Origin: Candidatus Caldarchaeum sp.
GTDB taxonomy: Archaea; Thermoproteota; Nitrososphaeria_A; Caldarchaeales; Caldarchaeaceae
DNA: 64,000 nucleotides
Reading direction: 5' to 3'
NCBI GenBank assembly: GCA_038896555.1
Contig: JAWACZ010000002.1
Span: 13,873 to 77,872 of the forward strand
Shown here piece by piece: positions 48,806 to 57,659 of this stretch. The notes under the pieces are model-generated. The model made no database searches, was not told the origin of the DNA, and saw nothing but the letters and a program-made list of their open reading frames with translations. The stretch's first letter is position 1, and the number at the start of each line of letters is the position of its first letter. A program made the translations under genes and the position numbers.

Positions 48806-49916
48806 CTAGAACCGGATGACTGAATAGTTTCCTAGCCACCCTGCCTATATCAAGGCCGTTCGCCAAGTCCAGTATATCGTCGGCCTGGAAGATTTTAGCC
48901 AGAGTGTCTAGCTCCTCGTCCGACAGCTTTTCAACAGCCCTCATCGCCTTGAGGCTTTTTCTAATCCTAGTCAGCCAGTTTTCGTAGAGGTTATAGAACT
49001 GTGAGAGCCTCTGCTTGGATATATCGTCTTCTTTTACGGCTTCGGCGGCAACGCGTCCAGCGGCTAGGCCTGCTGCGACAGATGAATGGATTCCAGCCCC
49101 TGTCAAAGGTATAACGTGTCCGGCTGCATCTCCCACGAGCATGACGCCGTCGAAAACGCTTTCGGATATCGCACCCCCAATAGGAACTGGAGCTCCTCTG
49201 TAGTCGATTATTCTTGCGCTGGCTAGTTCGTCGCTGAACCTCTTCACGAATGCGTCGAGGTATTCTTTTGCCACACCCCCTCTGACTCCGATCCCCACTT
49301 CAGCCAATTTCTCGCTTCGGGGGAATATCCATGCATACCCACCCGGAGCCACCTTGTTGCCCAGATAAAACCTGACCGCGTCTGGGTGCTTAAGCTTGCA
49401 GTTAGCCATTATGTATTGGACCGTCGGTATGGGCTCAGGCCTCTCCGTGATGTTTAAGCTTCTTGCAACGGTTGAGTTGTAGCCGTCTGCGCCTATGACT
49501 ACTTTGGCAAGGTATGTCTCCCTGTTCGTCTTAACCACAACCCTTGAATCCTCCCTCCTAACTCCGGTTACCTCTTCTCTCACATGTATATCGGCACCAT
49601 ACTCAGCGGCCTGAGCAGCTATCTCCTGGATGAAAAACGACTTGTTTATATTGTATCCTATCTGGGGAATTACAACCTCGATCATGCTGGGCGAATAAAC
49701 GAGGGCGTAAGCTTCATGCATTACTATTCGTGGGCTCGGCTTAACTCCAGCGGTGACGAGGGTTTCCTTGCTCACAGCTTCTCCGCAGGGTTTGTTGGCC
49801 ATTATCGTAGGATACTTCTCCAAGAGCAGGACGTCAACATTCTGGGATGCAGCAGCCTTGGCAGCCGAGACCCCGGCTGGACCACCCCCGACGACTATTA
49901 CGTCGTGCTCGTGCAT
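48777..49916 (-). CDS. Geranylgeranyl reductase family FAD-dependent oxidoreductase
   Basis: 'HDVIVVGGGPAGVSAA' dinucleotide motif, 'VIGADGYNS', 'LVGDAAGHVIPLTGAGI'. Confidence 0.8.
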   Translation of the reverse strand: MHEHDVIVVGGGPAGVSAAKAAASQNVDVLLLEKYPTIMANKPCGEAVSKETLVTAGVKPSPRIVMHEAYALVYSPSMIEVVIPQIGYNINKSFFIQEIAAQAAEYGADIHVREEVTGVRREDSRVVVKTNRETYLAKVVIGADGYNSTVARSLNITERPEPIPTVQYIMANCKLKHPDAVRFYLGNKVAPGGYAWIFPRSEKLAEVGIGVRGGVAKEYLDAFVKRFSDELASARIIDYRGAPVPIGGAISESVFDGVMLVGDAAGHVIPLTGAGIHSSVAAGLAAGRVAAEAVKEDDISKQRLSQFYNLYENWLTRIRKSLKAMRAVEKLSDEELDTLAKIFQADDILDLANGLDIGRVARKLFSHPVLAMKLARQLL

Positions 49917-49977
49917 GCATGGTTTAAACGCCCAGTTTATTTAAACGTTGTTTGGACACGCCGCGGGGAAGCCGACA

Positions 49978-49984
49978 TTTATAT
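49978..49984 (+). promoter_or_regulatory. TATA-like box for the S4-S11 transcription unit
   Basis: 'tttatat' is centred about 31 nt upstream of the rps4 ATG at 50012, consistent with a (near-)leaderless mRNA. Confidence 0.4.
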
Positions 49985-50011
49985 CATAGCCTTCTCAACG
50001 TGCTGCAGAAG

Positions 50012-50527
50012 ATGGGAGACCCCAAGAGAATCCGTAAAAAATATGGGACCCCAGGCCATCCTTGGCGGAGGGAGAACCTTGAAGAGGAGCTGAAGCTGGT
50101 CGGCGAGTACGGTCTAAGGAACAAACGTGAGCTGTGGCGGTCCCTGAGCAAGCTGAGGAAATATAGAGCTATGGCCAGGTCCCTCTTCACAGTGGTGGGC
50201 GAGAGGCGTGTGCAGTTGGAGGCCAAGCTTATGGGCAAGCTTTATCGTCTGGGTCTGCTACCTCAAGGAGCCACTTTAGATGATGTTCTCAAGCTGACGG
50301 TCAGAGACATGCTGGACAGAAGGTTTCAGACCATGGTCTACAGGCTTGGACTAGCCAAAACAATTCTCCACGCAAGACAGCTGATAACCCATGGTAAAGT
50401 ATACGTCGGCGGTAGAAAAGTAAGAGCCCCCAGCTACCACGTCCTGAGAGGTGAGGAGGAAAAAATTAGGCTTGCGGAGACTATTCCAGCGGTTGCGGGA
50501 GCAAAGGTGAGCAACCCACATGGCTGA
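50012..50527 (+). CDS. rps4: 30S ribosomal protein S4 (uS4)
   Basis: '[18 protein letters not shown]' archaeal S4 N-terminus and the S4 RNA-binding domain '[30 protein letters not shown]'. Confidence 0.9.
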   Translation: MGDPKRIRKKYGTPGHPWRRENLEEELKLVGEYGLRNKRELWRSLSKLRKYRAMARSLFTVVGERRVQLEAKLMGKLYRLGLLPQGATLDDVLKLTVRDMLDRRFQTMVYRLGLAKTILHARQLITHGKVYVGGRKVRAPSYHVLRGEEEKIRLAETIPAVAGAKVSNPHG

Positions 50528-50957
50528 GGAGAGCCGACCACAGGGGCAGAAACAGGCCGTCGAGCATAAAACACAGCAGAAATGGGGCGTTGTCCACATA
50601 TACTCATCCTACAACAACATCATAGTACATCTAACGGATTTGACGGGGGGTGAAACAATAGCCAGGGCCTCTGGAGGGATGTTTGTAGACGCTGGAAGGC
50701 TTGAGCCTACGCCTTATGCAGGAATGCGGGCGGCTGCATACGTTATGGAGGCGGCGAAAGCGGCGGGGATAAACGCCGTACACATCCTAGTCAGAGCGCC
50801 GGGAGGAGTTAAGTCAAGGACTCCGGGACCAGCCACCCAGGCCGCCATCAGGACTATTGCAAGGTCTGGCGTGGCTATAGGACGTATAGAGGACGTAACC
50901 CCTATCCCCCACGACAGTGTCAGGAAGAAGGGAGGCCGCAGGGGTAGGCGCGTGTAA
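50520..50957 (+). CDS. rps11: 30S ribosomal protein S11 (uS11)
   Basis: '[22 protein letters not shown]' and '[28 protein letters not shown]'. Confidence 0.9.
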   Translation: MAEESRPQGQKQAVEHKTQQKWGVVHIYSSYNNIIVHLTDLTGGETIARASGGMFVDAGRLEPTPYAGMRAAAYVMEAAKAAGINAVHILVRAPGGVKSRTPGPATQAAIRTIARSGVAIGRIEDVTPIPHDSVRKKGGRRGRRV

Positions 50958-51005
50958 GAGATAATGCTTTATTCCCACTGTAACGTCTGAAATGATGGTG
51001 GTCTG

Positions 51006-51464
51006 TTGAGCCTTAAACAGGTTGATGTTTCTGGAAAACCTGTGCAGAGGAGGGAGGCCACGGCAGTGGGCAGAATAAAGCTCAAACCCGAAACCGTGGA
51101 AAGGGTTAGGCGGGGGTTTTTGGAGAAAGGCGACGCACTTCAGCTGGCCCGTTTAGGCGCAATCTTAGGAGCTAAATCAACGCCTCAGCTTCTACCCCTA
51201 TGCCATCAGCTGAAGCTAGAAAATGTAGACGTGCATGAGAAAATCGGAGAAGACTATGTCGAGGTTAGTGTAAAGGTCGTGGCGTTTGAGAAAACAGGTG
51301 TAGAGATGGAGGCGTTAACGGCTGTATCTCTTGCATTGCTAAACATCTGGGATATCGTGAAGCAGTACGAGAAAGACGAACAAGGACAGTATCCGAACAC
51401 AGAGATCTACAGCGTTAAAGTTGTTTCTAAGGTGAAGGCTGATGAAACCACACGAGCACCATAG
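51006..51464 (+). CDS. moaC: Cyclic pyranopterin monophosphate synthase MoaC
   Basis: 'KGDALQLARLGAILGAKSTPQLLPLCHQL' and 'TGVEMEALTAVSLALLNIWD'. Confidence 0.85.
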   Translation: MSLKQVDVSGKPVQRREATAVGRIKLKPETVERVRRGFLEKGDALQLARLGAILGAKSTPQLLPLCHQLKLENVDVHEKIGEDYVEVSVKVVAFEKTGVEMEALTAVSLALLNIWDIVKQYEKDEQGQYPNTEIYSVKVVSKVKADETTRAP

Positions 51465-51972
51465 GAGCGAAAGCCCGAAAAAACTGAAGATAGCTGTGAT
51501 AACGGCGAGCAGCTCAAGGTTCTCCAAGAAAATAGGCGGCCAACCGTTCAACGACGAGTCAGGCGACAAAGCAGTATCCATCTTGAGAAATCTTGGACAC
51601 GATGTTGAATACCTAGGAGTTGTCAACGACGACCTTTGGATGATAAGGAACACGGTCGTCAAAGCCTTTGAGTCGGAGTTTGACGTCATCCTCGTTACAG
51701 GCGGGACAGGCGTTTCCCCTAGAGACGTGACGGTAGAGGCTTTACGTCCCTTGCTGGACAAGGAGCTTGACGGCTGGGGGGAGATATTCAGGCTCGAGAG
51801 CTACAAAAGGATAGGTCCAGCGGCAGCTCTTTCAAGAACGATTGCAGGCGTCGCCGACGGAAAACTAGTCATAGCATTGCCCGGTTCCCCTGAGGCCGTC
51901 GGCCTCGCTCTAGAGATTTTCGGGCCGGAGCTACCCCACATAGTATACATCGCCAAGGGAAGACCAGCTTGA
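51442..51972 (+). CDS. moaB: Molybdenum cofactor biosynthesis protein MoaB/MogA family
   Basis: 'KIAVITASSSR', 'VILVTGGTGVSPRDVT', 'ALPGSPEAV'. Confidence 0.8.
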   Translation: MKPHEHHRSESPKKLKIAVITASSSRFSKKIGGQPFNDESGDKAVSILRNLGHDVEYLGVVNDDLWMIRNTVVKAFESEFDVILVTGGTGVSPRDVTVEALRPLLDKELDGWGEIFRLESYKRIGPAAALSRTIAGVADGKLVIALPGSPEAVGLALEIFGPELPHIVYIAKGRPA

Positions 51973-52751
51973 AAATCATCGTCCTCGGCTCAGGCAGTAT
52001 AATACCCACCGAGGACAGGTTTGGAAGCGGTGTCTATGCTGAGACATCGGGCGTAAGCTTTCTGATAGATCCTGGACCCGGCGTTCTGGAGAAATTAAGG
52101 CGTTTAGGAAAGAAGCCTCAAGACCTCCACGCAGTTTTTATATCTCATTTCCACTTGGACCATGTCTCCGACCTCTTTCCACTGCTGATGCTTTGGGCCT
52201 ACGACGTAGACGGCAGCCCGTCACCAAGTCCAAAACCCCTCCAGCTCATCGGACCCAGAGGACTCGCAAGACTTATCCAAAACATAGCGGTCGATATAGA
52301 TGCATTCTCATACCTCTCTAAAACTATGGGCTGTCTAAGGTATACTTCCGTGAAGGAAATGTCTGACGGAGATTCGTGGCATTTGATGCAGGTGAAAGTT
52401 TCTTCAGCTGAGGTTGAGCACTACGACGGTGTTGCCTACCGTTTTGAAACAACCAAGGGGGTGATTGTCTACTCGGGTGATACAGTACCCGACGAAAGGT
52501 TGGTAAGGCTCGCCCGCGGCTGCGACATCCTCATACATGAATGCAGCTTCCCCCACGAGAAATTGTTAGGGAAACACACCTCTGAAAAACAGCTGGCGTC
52601 CATCGTGTCTAAGATAATGCCGAGAGTGCTGATTGTAACCCATCTCTACCCGGCGTGGCGAGGGGAGGAGGACAGGATTGAGAAAGCTATGGAAAACCTT
52701 GGTCTCGAGAAGCTTATCATAGCCAAGGACATGGCTTTCATAGAGATATAA
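51969..52751 (+). CDS. MBL-fold metallo-hydrolase (RNase Z-like)
   Basis: 'ISHFHLDHVSD' HxHxDH motif and 'MKIIVLGSGSIIPT' N-terminus. Confidence 0.6.
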   Translation: MKIIVLGSGSIIPTEDRFGSGVYAETSGVSFLIDPGPGVLEKLRRLGKKPQDLHAVFISHFHLDHVSDLFPLLMLWAYDVDGSPSPSPKPLQLIGPRGLARLIQNIAVDIDAFSYLSKTMGCLRYTSVKEMSDGDSWHLMQVKVSSAEVEHYDGVAYRFETTKGVIVYSGDTVPDERLVRLARGCDILIHECSFPHEKLLGKHTSEKQLASIVSKIMPRVLIVTHLYPAWRGEEDRIEKAMENLGLEKLIIAKDMAFIEI

Positions 52752-52773
52752 ATGGGCTTGCCGTAGCCGTCCT

Positions 52774-53292
52774 ATGATTCTGTCAGACTTCGACCTGTGG
52801 AACTACATAAGGAGCAGGAGGCTGAAGATAGAGCCTTTCAGCGAAGACATTGTAAGGGAGAACGGGTTGGACCTCAGGATAGGACGGCAGGTCGCTAGGT
52901 TTAACAAAAACGACAAAATCTTCGACACAAGAACCTCTTCCGCAGACGATTTCTACTTCTTCGAGGAAGGTGATTCGTTCGTAATAAACTCGCGGGAACA
53001 TGTTCTGCTCCATACTCTGGAGTATCTTGCGTTGCCGAAGGACTTGATGGGGTTCGTAAACCTACGGAGTAGCTACGCCCGCATAGGGCTCACAATCCCA
53101 CCCACAATCATTGACGCAAACTTTGAGGGGGAGTTAACGATAGAGTTAGTGGGCGGAGATTTTCCCGTTAGGCTTTACAGCGGCGACAGGTTTCTCCACG
53201 TTGTCTTCGCCCGTCTCTCGTCAATAGTAGAGAAGCCCTACAGCGGAAGGTATCAGGGTCAGAGGGGTGTTAAGCTTCCCAGCTTCAGATAA
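52774..53292 (+). CDS. dcd: dCTP deaminase (dUTPase superfamily)
   Basis: 'ILSDFDLWNYI...LKIEPF', 'NGLDLRIG', 'RSSYARIGL', 'IDANFEGELTIEL'. Confidence 0.85.
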   Translation: MILSDFDLWNYIRSRRLKIEPFSEDIVRENGLDLRIGRQVARFNKNDKIFDTRTSSADDFYFFEEGDSFVINSREHVLLHTLEYLALPKDLMGFVNLRSSYARIGLTIPPTIIDANFEGELTIELVGGDFPVRLYSGDRFLHVVFARLSSIVEKPYSGRYQGQRGVKLPSFR

Positions 53293-53569
53293 ATCCTCCA
53301 GCTATAGGCGGAAGGATAACCACCACATCACCTTCCTGCAGCCGCGTTTGGCGCCAGCGTAGCCTATCGAGGTTTTCATCGTTCAAGGCTAGTGCAAAAC
53401 CGGTTTTTAGACTGCCTGCTTCAAACAGGCCGCTGAGCTTTTCGGCATACTTAGCTTTGAAAACTTCTATGAAATCTTGGACGGTTGCTCCTTCATTCAG
53501 TTCAAACTCCTCTGAATCCCTGCCGAGTTTCTCCCTCATGAATGCAAAATACTTAGTCTTTATTTTCAT
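53285..53569 (-). CDS. moaD: MoaD/ThiS-family ubiquitin-like sulfur carrier (SAMP-like); C-terminus ...AGGFI
   Basis: 94-aa beta-grasp pattern 'GDVVVILPPIAGG', followed by two extra residues. 4-nt overlap with the moaE stop. Confidence 0.75.
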   Translation of the reverse strand: MKIKTKYFAFMREKLGRDSEEFELNEGATVQDFIEVFKAKYAEKLSGLFEAGSLKTGFALALNDENLDRLRWRQTRLQEGDVVVILPPIAGGFI

Positions 53570-54006
53570 GCCCCTTCAAGCCAGGCTCCAGAGCCGTCAA
53601 CGTAAACTTCCTTTTTGAAAAGCGCAGGCTCTCTTTTGTATCTTTCGACAGCCAATCTCAAGCCCTTGAAAACCTCTTCCCTGCTCTCCCCTGCTGCGGC
53701 CGCCATCACCACCGCCTCTCCGACTGCGAAGCTGCCGACCATATGCCAGACTCCGAGAAAACGTAAACCGTATTCTGCTTTCACTTCCTCGCACAGCTTT
53801 CTCAACGCCTTGTTTGCATGCTCCTCATAGGATTCCATGTAAAGGTTTTCCACATCTTTGACCCCCCTTCCACGTCTTTTCACGATCCCCACAAAAAAAG
53901 CTGCTGCACCACATGACCCGTCTGAAACCTCTCTCAAAACAGACTCAAACAGAGTTGAGAAGCTCAGCTCACCCCTGCTGTACACACCAGGCTTAGGCGT
54001 TCGCAT
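53566..54006 (-). CDS. moaE: Molybdopterin synthase catalytic subunit MoaE
   Basis: 'FFVGIVKRRG...LYMESYEEHA...VWHMVGSFAVGEAVVMAAAAGESREE...ERYKREPALFKKE'. I chose the ATG at 54006. Confidence 0.8.
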   Translation of the reverse strand: MRTPKPGVYSRGELSFSTLFESVLREVSDGSCGAAAFFVGIVKRRGRGVKDVENLYMESYEEHANKALRKLCEEVKAEYGLRFLGVWHMVGSFAVGEAVVMAAAAGESREEVFKGLRLAVERYKREPALFKKEVYVDGSGAWLEGA

Positions 54007-54214
54007 CAACACTGATGCAAAAGACAGGTAAATTAGCTTTTTCGATGGCCAAAATTTTACAACGCTGTACAATCAGTAACTCGGCGTATTTTTCAGGTAA
54101 AAAAATTAGTCAGCCGACAAAAATTGGTGAATTTCTATGACGCCGATTCATCTTCAAGCAAACACTTTATAAGTTATGATTTTTGGAAAACGAGCGAGGT
54201 AAGTAGAGTAAGCG

Positions 54215-54592
54215 ATGCTGGAAAGCAAAGCAATTCAAAAGCAGATAATCGGTAAACACGTCTTCGGCAACCTTTACGGATGCCCAGAAGACCTGCTCAG
54301 AGACCAGAAGTTCCTCAGACAGGCTGTCTTGGATGCGGTGAACGTTTCCAAGATGACGCTTGTCTCGATCAGGTCGTGGAAGTTCGGAGGGGAAAAGGGA
54401 GGCGTTTCCGTCATAGCTTTGGTGAAGGAAAGTCACATAACTATCCACACCTGGTACCAATACCAGTACGCCACTGTTGACATATACACTTGCGGAGAGG
54501 AGTCAGAGCCGGAGAAAGCCTTCGAGGTGGTTGTGCAGCGGCTTCGTCCAGAAAAATTCGTCAAACATATCGCTGACAGGTCTTCGACGTAA
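54215..54592 (+). CDS. speH: Pyruvoyl-dependent S-adenosylmethionine decarboxylase proenzyme family (SpeH; could instead be the arginine decarboxylase paralogue)
   Basis: 'GNLYGC' and the self-cleavage region 'VKESHITIHTW', 'VDIYTCG'. Confidence 0.8.
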   Translation: MLESKAIQKQIIGKHVFGNLYGCPEDLLRDQKFLRQAVLDAVNVSKMTLVSIRSWKFGGEKGGVSVIALVKESHITIHTWYQYQYATVDIYTCGEESEPEKAFEVVVQRLRPEKFVKHIADRSST

Positions 54593-54641
54593 ATCTTTTA
54601 CCTTTTACCATAAGATACACTGCCTAACGGCGGTAAACTTC

Positions 54642-54654
54642 TTGTTTTATTTTT
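54642..54654 (+). terminator. T-rich run about 50 nt downstream of speH (candidate terminator)
   Basis: 'ttgttttattttt' immediately precedes the left arm of the inverted repeat. Confidence 0.3.
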
Positions 54655-54784
54655 GAAACACCCTCAGAACAGACTAAGCCCCAGACCCTTAATTTAACAA
54701 GTATCGAATTATTCATCCAACTGTCCGATACCCCAACCGATTTGCTTAGTTGAGCCTGGATTAGCCGTACTCTGAGGATGTTTC
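54655..54784. repeat. 130-bp element bounded by 14-nt inverted repeats, nested inside a further 9-nt inverted pair
   Basis: Left arm gaaacaccctcaga (54655-54668). Right arm tctgaggatgtttc (54771-54784), 13/14 complementary; the mismatch is a G-U pair if read on the minus strand. Inner pair actaagc/gcttagt. Outer pair aacggcggt (54626-54634) / accgccgtt (54820-54828). Confidence 0.5.
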
Positions 54785-54958
54785 CCAGCCACGAAAGCCG
54801 CTGAAAACCATCTAATGCAACCGCCGTTTACTTATCAGAGAGATAATAACTCGGTCTTTGTTGAAATGCAGTCATGGTTGGATTAACGCCTTCCTATTTT
54901 AATTTCATAGGTTGTTCGATTTTTCGAACGCTGGAAAATCGCTTAATCAACGTAAACG

Positions 54959-54965
54959 TTATAAG
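54959..54965 (+). promoter_or_regulatory. TATA-like box for the small ORF starting at 54987
   Basis: 'ttataag' lies about 25 nt upstream of the ATG. Confidence 0.35.
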
Positions 54966-54986
54966 GTAAAACTTAACCCAAACGTT

Positions 54987-55232
54987 ATGAAAAAACAGCA
55001 AGAAGAAATAGATGAGAAAAAACTGCGAGAAGCTGTGAAGCAAGCTTTAAGGCAGCCGAGGCTAGCATTCTACTCGCCGTTGGCAGCTGCAATCTTGAAC
55101 TACAGGAAAAGCGTTATACCAAGGTACAGCATAAGCGACGAGCTGGCTAAGATAGTTGAGTCAGCCCTTAGACAAAAATATTCCAAGCTAACCGCTAAAG
55201 CAAGATTTGCTTTTTCGAAGGCTAGGCGATAG
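54987..55232 (+). CDS. Small basic hypothetical protein
   Basis: 81 aa from the ATG at 54987 (the ORF-track TTG at 54912 is less likely). Helical and Lys/Arg-rich. No motif recognised. Confidence 0.4.
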   Translation: MKKQQEEIDEKKLREAVKQALRQPRLAFYSPLAAAILNYRKSVIPRYSISDELAKIVESALRQKYSKLTAKARFAFSKARR

Positions 55233-56106
55233 ATTTCCTCCAAGCAACGCGGCAAAGCTGTCCAGTGAGCTCCAAGTTCTTGGGAACACGCTCAGGCGGC
55301 GGATTCATGAGCGAGCGCGCGACAGCCTCCAAGGCTTTGACGCCAGCTTCTTCAGGAGGTGTTCCAGCAGCGAACAACGTGGTGAACGCGCCAGTAAGGA
55401 TGTCTCCGGCGCCTGTTGTTTCGTTCGTGATAACTGGTTCAACTACCTCTATGAGCGATAAAATATGAGGTCCTGTGAGAAGAAGCCCATCCTCAAAGCC
55501 GACCAAACAGATTTTCGCCCCTAGCTTCGCCAAGGCGGTGGCAGCATCCAAAACGTTTTCGCGGCCAGTCAAGGCAACCGCCTCCTCAGCGGAACAATGG
55601 ATCACATCCGCCTCCCTGAATATTTCATCTAACGGAAGACCGCGTAAAAATATGTAGCCGTTGTTGTCCAGCTGCCTCAGAAAACCTTGAAGGTCCACTG
55701 ACAAAACCTCTGTCCTCGACCGTAGTTGCATAACATGTTCTTTCCCAACCTCTTTGAATACAGGCGAAACTATCACAGCTTCAGTGTCCACGTTTTCGAG
55801 AATGTGTTGGGGGAGCGGAGGGCCTTGTGAAACAAGCCTAAGAACCCTCGCCCCATCTTTGAAAACAGGTTCGAAGACATAGGTGCTGGCATCCTCAACT
55901 TTTATGACGTTGGAGGCGTCAAGCCCAGCTTCCGCCAGTTTCTTCAGGAAATCGGCTGGAAAATCTCCTCCCACTGCTGAGTATAGCATGGCATAGGCTT
56001 TCGAAGCGTGTACAGCTGTGCCGGCATACCAGGGTGGACCTCCGATAATACGGGTTTTACCATGTGTGATGTCTATTGTGAGGCCCCCCATCACAGCAAC
56101 TCGCAT
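55222..56106 (-). CDS. PfkB/ribokinase family carbohydrate kinase
   Basis: 'TTGAGDILTGAF' PfkB signature 2. About 294 aa. Confidence 0.8.
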   Translation of the reverse strand: MRVAVMGGLTIDITHGKTRIIGGPPWYAGTAVHASKAYAMLYSAVGGDFPADFLKKLAEAGLDASNVIKVEDASTYVFEPVFKDGARVLRLVSQGPPLPQHILENVDTEAVIVSPVFKEVGKEHVMQLRSRTEVLSVDLQGFLRQLDNNGYIFLRGLPLDEIFREADVIHCSAEEAVALTGRENVLDAATALAKLGAKICLVGFEDGLLLTGPHILSLIEVVEPVITNETTGAGDILTGAFTTLFAAGTPPEEAGVKALEAVARSLMNPPPERVPKNLELTGQLCRVAWRKSIA

Positions 56107-56178
56107 CAGTTTCTTTTAAAAGATTGCTTGATTTATGGGTTTGACGGAAAGATTTAATGGGTCGGATTTCGCAGCGGT

Positions 56179-57189
56179 TTGGGAATGGCTCAGACGATTG
56201 AGGTCGCCAGAGTCGAGAAACCAGTCCGAAGAGAAGTGAAGCAGGTTGAGAAGTTTAAGCAGGCGGGATACAGTATAGTGGGAAATCATTCAGCCGTCAA
56301 AGTATGTCACTGGACGAAGTCTGCTTTGCGCGGTGGAAAGATGTGCTACAAGAGCTGGTACGGGATAGAAAGCCACAGATGCATCCAGATGACTCCATCG
56401 CTGCAGTACTGCAACATGATGTGCGTCTTCTGCTGGCGTTTCCACACCCTCAACAGGGTCCAGCCCTTCGACGGCATCTGGGAAGAGCCTTCAAAGCTTC
56501 TGGACATGATTATCGCTGAACAACGCCAGCTTTTGTCGGGCTTCGGCGGCAACCCTAAAGTATCAAAACAGAAGTTTAATGAGGCTATGACGCCAAAGCA
56601 TATGGCGATTTCGCTGGACGGTGAGCCAACTCTCTACCCATATCTCGCCGCCCTCATTAAGGAGGCTTCCAACAGAGGTATGACCACTTTCCTTGTGACA
56701 AACGGAACGATGCCGGAGAGGCTTGAAGAGCTTATCCAAAAAGCTCAGCCAACATCCCTCTACATAAGCCTCTACGGACCCGATAAAGAGACCCATGTTA
56801 AGACATGTAAACCGCTCATTCCAGACAGCTGGGAGAGGCTGCTGAAATCATTGGAGCTGATGGCTAAGTTCTCCTGCAGGAAGGTAATACGGCTCACACT
56901 AGTCAAGAACGTCAACATGCACTGCCCTGAAAAATATGCCGACCTCATCAAGCTGGCCTCACCAGACTTTGTAGAATGCAAGGGCTACACACATGTGGGC
57001 GAGTCGCAGCTAAGGCTGGAGAAAACCAACATGCCATCCATCGAAGAGATAAGGATGTTCGCCGAAAGCCTCGCCGGCTCACTGAGCTATGAGAAAGTTG
57101 TTGAGGATGATGTCAGCAGAGTTGTCCTTCTCGCCAACCCGTCGAGCCGTTATTATCTGGATGTCGTTACACGCCTGAATAGGACTTAA
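56179..57189 (+). CDS. taw1: 4-demethylwyosine synthase (radical SAM, TYW1/Taw1)
   Basis: 'VCHWTKSALRGGKMCYKSWYGIESHRCIQMTP' auxiliary cluster region and the radical-SAM 'CNMMCVFCWR'. Confidence 0.85.
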   Translation: MGMAQTIEVARVEKPVRREVKQVEKFKQAGYSIVGNHSAVKVCHWTKSALRGGKMCYKSWYGIESHRCIQMTPSLQYCNMMCVFCWRFHTLNRVQPFDGIWEEPSKLLDMIIAEQRQLLSGFGGNPKVSKQKFNEAMTPKHMAISLDGEPTLYPYLAALIKEASNRGMTTFLVTNGTMPERLEELIQKAQPTSLYISLYGPDKETHVKTCKPLIPDSWERLLKSLELMAKFSCRKVIRLTLVKNVNMHCPEKYADLIKLASPDFVECKGYTHVGESQLRLEKTNMPSIEEIRMFAESLAGSLSYEKVVEDDVSRVVLLANPSSRYYLDVVTRLNRT

Positions 57190-57658
57190 CCTCCAAAAGC
57201 CTGTTATACGTTTGGTCGATGGTTTCAGGAAGGACCCTCGTTTCTGACACGGTAGTCATGAAGTTGGTGTCACCGCTCCATCTGGGCACGACGTGGAAGT
57301 GGATGTGGTCCTCTATCCCGGCTCCCGCAGACCTCCCCAAGTTGACCCCTATGTTGTAGCCCTCAGGGTTCAAAACCTTCTTAGTCAGCTCTATAGCCAG
57401 CTTCAACAGCTTCATGACTTCCAGCATTTCGTTGTCCGACATGTCCTCTATGGATGGAATGTGGCGGAACGGTGAAACCATCAGGTGGCCGTTGTTATAA
57501 GGGTATAGGTTCATCATGATCAGAGCAGAGCTACCGCGGTGGACAACATATTTGGACCTGTCGTCAATCGTTTTAACAGCTTCGCAGAATATGCATCCAT
57601 GCTCTTTTTTCGACGACTTTATGTAGCTCATTCTCCAAGGCGCCCACAGCCTGTCCAA
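57167..57658 (-). CDS. HIT family hydrolase
   Basis: Histidine triad 'HIHFHVVPR' and 'CIFC' N-terminal motif. Confidence 0.85.
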   Translation of the reverse strand: MDRLWAPWRMSYIKSSKKEHGCIFCEAVKTIDDRSKYVVHRGSSALIMMNLYPYNNGHLMVSPFRHIPSIEDMSDNEMLEVMKLLKLAIELTKKVLNPEGYNIGVNLGRSAGAGIEDHIHFHVVPRWSGDTNFMTTVSETRVLPETIDQTYNRLLEVKSYSGV

Positions 57659-57659
57659 T

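Noticed and set aside
54600-54900. Possibility that the long intergenic region encodes SRP (7S) RNA, RNase P RNA or a tRNA.
   Set aside because: The region is AT-rich, whereas stable RNAs of thermophilic archaea are markedly GC-rich. I saw no tRNA T-arm/acceptor pattern and no conserved SRP helix-8 or RNase P motifs. It is kept only as an unclassified structured or MITE-like element.
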